Source: Pontiella sp.
Lineage (GTDB): Bacteria; Verrucomicrobiota; Kiritimatiellia; Kiritimatiellales; Pontiellaceae
Reading direction: 5' to 3'
Assembly (NCBI GenBank): GCA_050290185.1
Contig: JBNKHE010000004.1
Location: 32,001 to 96,000, forward strand
DNA length: 64,000 nucleotides
The position numbers and the translations under genes were made by a program. Below, one piece after another: positions 59,301-64,000 of the stretch (the first letter of the stretch is position 1; every line of letters begins with the position of its first letter). The notes under the pieces are model-generated. The model worked only from the letters and a program-made list of their open reading frames with translations. It was not told the origin of the DNA and searched no databases.

Positions 59301-59890
59301 ATGCCGAATACGAAGAGCGTTTTGCCTTCCTCAACAAGCAGCAGGATGACCTGATTGCCGCCAAGCAGCAGTTGCTCGATATGATCAAGACGATCAACTC
59401 GACCACCACCGAAATGTTCAAGGAAACCTTCGACAAGGTGAACGCGAATTTTGAAGGCATGTTCAAGCAGCTTTTCGGCGGAGGCTCCGCCAAGCTCGTG
59501 TTGACCGACGACGAGGACATACTGGAAGCTGGCATCGAAATCATTGCCCGCCCGCCCGGCAAGAAGCTGCAAACGATTTCCCTGCTTTCCGGCGGCGAGC
59601 GCACCATGACCGCCGTCGCCCTGCTCTTCTCACTCTTTAAGGTCAAGCCCAGCCCGTTCTGCGTGCTGGACGAATTAGATGCCGCACTCGACGACGCAAA
59701 CATCAATCGTTTCGTCGATGCGCTGAAGGACTTCCTATCGATGTCCCAGTTTGTCATCATCACCCACAGTCGGCAGACGATTGCCGCCGCCAGCGTCATA
59801 TACGGAGTCACCATGCAGACCCGCGGAATCTCCAAAGTGGTCTCGATGAAATTCGCCGACTACGAGAAAAATGAAACCACGCTGAAGTAA
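56312..59890 (+). CDS. smc: Chromosome segregation protein SMC
   Basis: GFKSFA, GPNGCGKSN, long coiled coils with hinge, LLSGGE, LDELDAALD; GTG start after GGAGG. Confidence 0.97.
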   Translation: MYLKTLEIIGFKSFANKTKLEFEPGMTAIVGPNGCGKSNVSDAVRWVLGEQRARALRGAKMEDVIFNGTDSAKALGMAEVSITLADCTDALGIEYDEVCITRRVFRSGESGYFLNRKACRLKDIQRLFMDTGVGTDSYSVLEQGKIDQILSARPEDRRGVFEEASGITKYKADKKEALRKLEHTEANLLRLADVIREVKRQIISLQRQAGKAKRYKDLSEEMRSLDIYVTRERLKEYALKINELTGELQVLEQKVGELHGQVEAAETEAESSRQALSQLEQTISEAMEQASAARSDLERTRNLIAMNTDRIAELSTLAQRNSQETEEARIRLEAHRNELDKIIADMAVAETEKGAAQAELEKATAAQKEVEDQMNATRAKVNDLRNESVALDSTASKMQNELNELDARDRSAMLKKERLATEKSELERSLKQFLEHRGEMDAKVETLSSKVAEQAEMLTQLNSERGTRKDLIVDNEKELNEKQKTAAAKRAQLEMLSGGEARQAGFPPGAQLLLDPPADFTPDRAGIIGPLAEQLKTTPEYQTALEAILRPCLDAIVIRDEAYAREALAWLRDQDAGSARLLSVNSSMEEASFDTSSPVGKGLLDCVTFGDEVAPLVRRLFWNVRVVGSESEIPHVLSSDTVVVSQNGTIISGDGSSELWMPGTEDKSPLARHQMREQLQDEIEKLNADIEKLEATVTTLRTEESDMATTIDGARQQLEEYRRELALQEGERQVIVRETASAQERVETVTFEFNNLTETESKGVELRSRLANEVQETRNRQAHVRTQIAEQTKALNEIEERRSDALSVTSEHRIVFSQKTSALEHLNNRKQPMEARIRELEELIHDRTGGIDSYNRRIDDLKNSIEEESGKIEPLEARLLETSQTLESERARREETIRILTTAENRLRGLRDTLESELNKKSRIEVERAEFKMRHDNALERVTGTYHITKEELAEAEAPHWENDEVPDRDEIETRVAELKAKIDSMGPVNLVAIDEHAEYEERFAFLNKQQDDLIAAKQQLLDMIKTINSTTTEMFKETFDKVNANFEGMFKQLFGGGSAKLVLTDDEDILEAGIEIIARPPGKKLQTISLLSGGERTMTAVALLFSLFKVKPSPFCVLDELDAALDDANINRFVDALKDFLSMSQFVIITHSRQTIAAASVIYGVTMQTRGISKVVSMKFADYEKNETTLK

Positions 59891-59945
59891 GCCCGCGACG
59901 TATTGCGTTTTACTTATTGACCCACACCAACGGTCCCCCGAGAAT

Positions 59946-60022
59946 CAATACGCAATACGCAATACGCAATACGCAATACGCAATACGCAATACGCAATAC
60001 GCAATACGCAATACGCAATACG
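59946..60022 (+). repeat. Perfect heptanucleotide tandem repeat (CAATACG)x11
   Basis: 11 exact units counted; complementary CGTATTGCGT at 59899-59908. Confidence 0.95.
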
Positions 60023-60029
60023 ACGACCT

Positions 60030-60716
60030 ATGGATAAAAAAAACCAATTCAATTTCTGGTACGCGGTAAACAACACCGAACTGGTCAGTGCGCCCACCAG
60101 CCGGCTGGAGACGTTTGGCGATACGATCGTCAATTACTATCTGGTCAGCGAGCTGATGGACAGCATCGATAAGGTGCGTGTGCGCGAAGGCCATCTGAAG
60201 GCGCTGAAGCCCGAAATCATAACCCCCCAGGGCCTCGGCCAGATGGATCTCGATGATTTCGGCCCGGAAGCACGCCAGTATGCCGAATGGCTCTCGGAAC
60301 ATGCCGGCGAACTTCGCATTCTCCAGTATGGGTTCCGCCTCCAGAAACGGGAACTCAAGGAATATGTCGTCAGCGACCATCTTGACAATGTTCTCGACCG
60401 GGTGAAGCAGGAGGTCAAAATGCAGAATGACCCGCTAAGCGCCATTCTGCTCGGCGTTGACGATCCGTGGGAAGTCTGCCTGCTCAAGCTGATGGTCGAG
60501 CTGGTTCAAAACTCGGCACAGGGAAATATCCAGGACATCCGGAATCAGGTTTTTGCCCAGGAAAACAGTCTTGCCCAGCGCATCGACCAAGCCTTCCTCG
60601 ATGCCTCGCGGGACCCGTCGCTCATCAATGGCCTCGCCGATTTCCTTAAGCAAAACGGACTGTGGGAGCAATACGAAGATCGCTTCTTCGCCCTCGTCAA
60701 GTCATCCGGTCAGTAG
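60030..60716 (+). CDS. Hypothetical protein
   Basis: 228-aa ORF with host-like codon usage (FWYAVNNT...LETFG.T...YYLVSELMD...W.VCLLK); no function recognised. Confidence 0.75.
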   Translation: MDKKNQFNFWYAVNNTELVSAPTSRLETFGDTIVNYYLVSELMDSIDKVRVREGHLKALKPEIITPQGLGQMDLDDFGPEARQYAEWLSEHAGELRILQYGFRLQKRELKEYVVSDHLDNVLDRVKQEVKMQNDPLSAILLGVDDPWEVCLLKLMVELVQNSAQGNIQDIRNQVFAQENSLAQRIDQAFLDASRDPSLINGLADFLKQNGLWEQYEDRFFALVKSSGQ

Positions 60717-60892
60717 CGGTGCCGCCCGCCGATTACGCCGACTGGTATTGACGCCGATCAGGAGTCGAAGCCCCTCCCTATCCCCTTTTCAAGCAAGACG
60801 GAGCCGTTTCAAGCCTCAACCGTCACGATTCAGGTGAGTGAGAATACGAAATACGCGGCAGGCAATACTTCTCAATTTTTTCTTCGAGCTGG

Positions 60893-60921
60893 TTGACACG
60901 ACTCAGGCCGATCCGTATATT
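60893..60921 (+). promoter_or_regulatory. Sigma70 promoter of tRNA-Val
   Basis: TTGACA-N17-TATATT, 15 nt upstream of the tRNA. Confidence 0.85.
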
Positions 60922-60936
60922 CCGTCTTCTTTTTGA

Positions 60937-61013
60937 GGGCGATTAGCTCAGTTGGTTAGAGCACTACCTTGACATGGTAGGGGTCGGAGGTTCGAATCCT
61001 CTATCGCCCACCA
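60937..61013 (+). tRNA. tRNA-Val(GAC)
   Basis: GGGCGAT/ATCGCCC acceptor stem, D-arm AGCTCAGTTGGTTAGAGC, anticodon GAC at 60971-60973, GGTTCGAATCC, encoded CCA. Confidence 0.97.
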
Positions 61014-61020
61014 CTTTATA

Positions 61021-61047
61021 ACCCGTTCAAACCGAACGGGTTTTTTT
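61021..61047 (+). terminator. Intrinsic terminator after tRNA-Val
   Basis: CCCGTTC-AAACC-GAACGGG followed by T7. Confidence 0.88.
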
Positions 61048-61067
61048 ATCTTGACGGCATAGCGCTC

Positions 61068-61985
61068 ATGTTTTCCCCGACCCTTAAGAATAACCTACTG
61101 GCGATTCTGGCATGCCTGCTGTGGTCGTCGGCCTTTGTGACGGTGAAGCATGCGCTGGAATACCAGACACCGCTGACACTGGCGGGGATGCGTTTCATAC
61201 TGGCCGGACTCATCCAGATCCCCCTGTGCGGAAGCCTGATGGCTCCCTGGCGTTTGTTGAAAAAGGAATTCCCTACGGTGCTGCTGGTAAGCCTGTTCCA
61301 TACGATCTTCCTTTATGCGACTTTTTTCATCGGCATGTCGTGGGTTCGCGGTGCCGAAGGGGCCATCATGATCGGCGCCGGCCCCCTCTGTTCGGCGCTG
61401 GTGGCGCACCTTCTGATGCATGACGACAAGCTCCAACGCCAAACGGTGGTCAGCATCATTTTCGGCATGGCCGGCGTCGCATCCATCAGTCTGGCGGCCA
61501 AGCCATGGAGTTCGGTTGGCATGAAGGAGTTTTTCGGTCTGATGCTTCTGTTGAGCGGTTCGGTGGTATCGGCCGTTGGGAATGTGGTGGTAGCCAAGCG
61601 GAAAGGCGGGTTGCCACCCGTAGCGCTGAACAGTATCCAGATGTTGATCGGCGGCGTTGCATTGCTACTGGTTGCCCGGCCATTCGAAGGTGCTCCGCAA
61701 CTGGATCTGCCCGCGGTCTTTTATGGTCAGCTGCTTTGGCTTGCCGTTATTTCAGCCACGGCCTTCGCCATCTGGTTCCATCTGCTCGGAAGAATGAAAG
61801 TTTCCCGACTCAATCTCTGGAAATTCCTGATTCCCTTAAGCGGTGCCCTGCTTAGTTGGATGTTTCTCCCGAACGAATCGCCATCCCTGCCCTCGCTGAT
61901 CGGGATGGCCCTGATCATGATCGGTATTGTAATCGGAAACCGCGAAAGCAGACCGCGGACGCACTGTTCCGGGAGCTCGGATTAG
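61068..61985 (+). CDS. DMT/EamA-family transporter
   Basis: ~10 TM segments; LWSSAF..VK...P..LAGMRF..AG; two-repeat architecture. Confidence 0.9.
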   Translation: MFSPTLKNNLLAILACLLWSSAFVTVKHALEYQTPLTLAGMRFILAGLIQIPLCGSLMAPWRLLKKEFPTVLLVSLFHTIFLYATFFIGMSWVRGAEGAIMIGAGPLCSALVAHLLMHDDKLQRQTVVSIIFGMAGVASISLAAKPWSSVGMKEFFGLMLLLSGSVVSAVGNVVVAKRKGGLPPVALNSIQMLIGGVALLLVARPFEGAPQLDLPAVFYGQLLWLAVISATAFAIWFHLLGRMKVSRLNLWKFLIPLSGALLSWMFLPNESPSLPSLIGMALIMIGIVIGNRESRPRTHCSGSSD

Positions 61986-62680
61986 TCTGAGGACGATCCT
62001 GCCGGGTCGGAGGATTTTTTTTGAGCAACATCAGGCAAACCGTAGGGCGAAGGCTCAGTCCCGTTAAGAATCCGGGAGGCCCTGGATGTTGCGGCTGCCA
62101 TCTGCTCGCGGGTCACATGCCCTCTAAGCGCCTGAAGCAAGGAGTCGTTGCCGTTTCCGGCAGCAAGGAGAGCCCAGGTATAGGCCTGTTCATAATCCTG
62201 CTCTGCATCCTCACCCCTCATGTAAATCAGACCCAGATTATGTTGCGCAGCCACGTGCCCCTGCATGGCGGCAAGGGTATACCATCGAAGAGCGGCATCC
62301 ATGTCTTTCTTCACCGGGGTTCCCGAATGGTAGCAGTATGCCAGGCAATATTGTGCTTCTGCATCGCCCGCATTGGCTTTAGCCAGCATACTCTGCATCG
62401 TCGGAGCAGCGGAATCCTCTTGCGTCTTTGCTTTTGCTGGAGCGGAGGAATCACTTCGTTCCTTGATGGACACAACAACGCCATCCTTGGAGGTAATGAC
62501 ACAGTAGCCATAATCCTGAATCAGTTGGCCGTGCAGCGGAAACTCGATATTGGGCTCCCCCAAATGACTCCGGACGGTAGCAGTCGAGTCCCCCACATGT
62601 ACGAGCAATTCCCCGGCGGATTCGTTGACGCCGGAGAAAAAAGCCATGAATAACAGAACGATGACTGACACTAATCTCAT
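61982..62680 (-). CDS. Secreted Sel1-repeat protein
   Basis: Signal peptide; GDAEAQYCLAYCY..G...A..WY..AAMQGH..AQHNLG.IY..G. Confidence 0.88.
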   Translation of the reverse strand: MRLVSVIVLLFMAFFSGVNESAGELLVHVGDSTATVRSHLGEPNIEFPLHGQLIQDYGYCVITSKDGVVVSIKERSDSSAPAKAKTQEDSAAPTMQSMLAKANAGDAEAQYCLAYCYHSGTPVKKDMDAALRWYTLAAMQGHVAAQHNLGLIYMRGEDAEQDYEQAYTWALLAAGNGNDSLLQALRGHVTREQMAAATSRASRILNGTEPSPYGLPDVAQKKSSDPAGSSSD

Positions 62681-62782
62681 GTACGTAATGGTACGTCACT
62701 GGAGCATTTTTCACCACTCCAAAAAAACATGAAACAGGTCCCGCTTATTAAGAGTTTTCGTAAAAACCAAGAAGATAGCAGT

Positions 62783-63787
62783 TTAGCGGCGCGAGACCGG
62801 CGAGGCTCCGTTTTCGAGTACTTTGTCGATAAATTCCATGTCATCCTCGCTGAGCTGCCTGGCAGTACCTCCGAGATTGCACGCGACCTGGCCCTCATTG
62901 CGAAACCCCGGAATTACGCAGGCCACCCGCGGGTAGTTCAGAACATACCGCAAGGCCACCGCCGCCAAGGCCTCGACCGTCGATCCGAACCGGAACTTGA
63001 GCTGCTCCATTCCAGGTTTGAGCATACGGAGGTTTTCCGCACTGAAACGGGCATCATCACTGCGGACATCGCCCGACTCAAACCGGGGCGGGTTTTCCGG
63101 ATCGAATTTATCGAGCAACAGTCCTTGCTGCAACGGGCTGAAGGCCACGAACGACATATGGTGCTGCTCCAACAACCTGCCGACGACGCTGTCCTTCCGG
63201 ATAAAATTCGGACGCAAGGCGTTTCCCCACGACTGAAGCACAGCGGGCTTCACCACCGGCACGGCGCGCTCGAAATCCGCATCGCTGTATGCGGACTGTC
63301 CTTTGAGCCGCACCTTCCCCTCCTTCACCAAAGCATCCAGCGTCTCCGCCGCGCCGTCCAGCCACTCGCCGTCCAGCCCGAAATCGCCATGGTGAAGATA
63401 GTAGATATCAATGTATTCGCGCCCGAGATTCTTCAACGATTGCTCACACTGGTGACGGATGTGCAACGGATCGTAGGCATGTTCCGCCGTGCCCCGAAAA
63501 TGCCCCACCTTGGAGGAAATGATGAAATTCTCCGACTTGAGACCCAACCGCTTGAGCACGCGGCCCAGCATTTGTTCGGCACGGCCGTTGCCATAGACAT
63601 CGGCGTTGTCAAAATGGTTCACACCGGCATCCAGAGCGCACTTAATAGCCGCCGCGACCTCATCCTCGTCGACGTTGGCCCAGCCCACGGAATTTCCTTC
63701 GCTCCAGTTCAGCCCGCCCAGAGTCCAGCACCCCAGACTGATTTCAGAAACGGCAACATCAGTGCTCCCCAGTGTGCGATAGTTCAT
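62783..63787 (-). CDS. Aldo/keto reductase
   Basis: YRTLG...VSEISLGCW, FDNADVYG.G.AE, SSKVG, SLKNL...YIDIYYLH, FSPL..GLL. Confidence 0.93.
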   Translation of the reverse strand: MNYRTLGSTDVAVSEISLGCWTLGGLNWSEGNSVGWANVDEDEVAAAIKCALDAGVNHFDNADVYGNGRAEQMLGRVLKRLGLKSENFIISSKVGHFRGTAEHAYDPLHIRHQCEQSLKNLGREYIDIYYLHHGDFGLDGEWLDGAAETLDALVKEGKVRLKGQSAYSDADFERAVPVVKPAVLQSWGNALRPNFIRKDSVVGRLLEQHHMSFVAFSPLQQGLLLDKFDPENPPRFESGDVRSDDARFSAENLRMLKPGMEQLKFRFGSTVEALAAVALRYVLNYPRVACVIPGFRNEGQVACNLGGTARQLSEDDMEFIDKVLENGASPVSRR

Positions 63788-63958
63788 ATCAAATTCCTTA
63801 TGGCGGCTTAAAATCACAACTCAATAGCATACTCTCGTACCCGATTCCATCAGCGATTCACCTATCACGGCATAACATAAGCGGGTGCGAGGCATTGACA
63901 AGGCATGACGTCTCAAGGAAACTGAACGCTTATTTTTGACAAAAAAGGAGTGCATACC

Positions 63959-64000
63959 ATGGCATATGACAAGATTATCGTGCCCACAGCGGGCGAGAAG
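63959..64000 (+). CDS. icd: 5' start of probable NADP-dependent isocitrate dehydrogenase (cut by window edge)
   Basis: AAGGAG RBS then MAYDKIIVPTAGEK, resembling bacterial IDH N-termini; only 14 codons visible. Confidence 0.55.
   Translation, partial: MAYDKIIVPTAGEK

Noticed and set aside
59946..60022. CRISPR array, or the CVLRIAY-repeat ORFs 59910..60380 and 59945..60133
   Set aside because: The units are contiguous 7-mers without spacers and no cas genes are present. The ORFs are translations of the repeat, antisense to a real gene.
60937..61013. tRNA-Val as integration site of an island
   Set aside because: No integrase nearby and no duplicated tRNA 3' end noticed; the flanks look like ordinary chromosomal genes.

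Overview
64-kb window from a GC-rich bacterium of the PVC superphylum, most likely Kiritimatiellota (Pontiella-like). This assignment is inferred from PEP-CTERM proteins, a TIGR02999-type ECF sigma/Ser-Thr kinase pair, modular GH29/GH97/alginate-lyase-like enzymes and a recurring 'FFRL' C-terminal domain. Positions ~1-38.8 kb are an accessory region of secreted carbohydrate-active proteins, regulators (double LacI, ECF+kinase, MarR), gene remnants and several degenerate copies of one intergenic scaffold, plus a hipBA module and an AT-richer five-gene cassette. Positions ~38.9-64 kb are mostly core genes (uvrB, rhomboid, SNF2, panD, rlmL-like, aspS, hisS, HU, smc, tRNA-Val, start of icd) with a sigma54-preceded minor-pilin-like triplet. 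The best candidate novel system is the minus-strand cassette at 1424-5425: WYL regulator -> YdjM-like membrane metal hydrolase -> 50-aa Pro/Gly-rich peptide ending in Gly -> Cap2-like E2-E1 fusion -> Cap3-like JAB protease. It has no CD-NTase and no ubiquitin-fold protein, so the short disordered peptide may itself be the conjugated modifier. All calls come from motif recognition by eye; no database searches were run.
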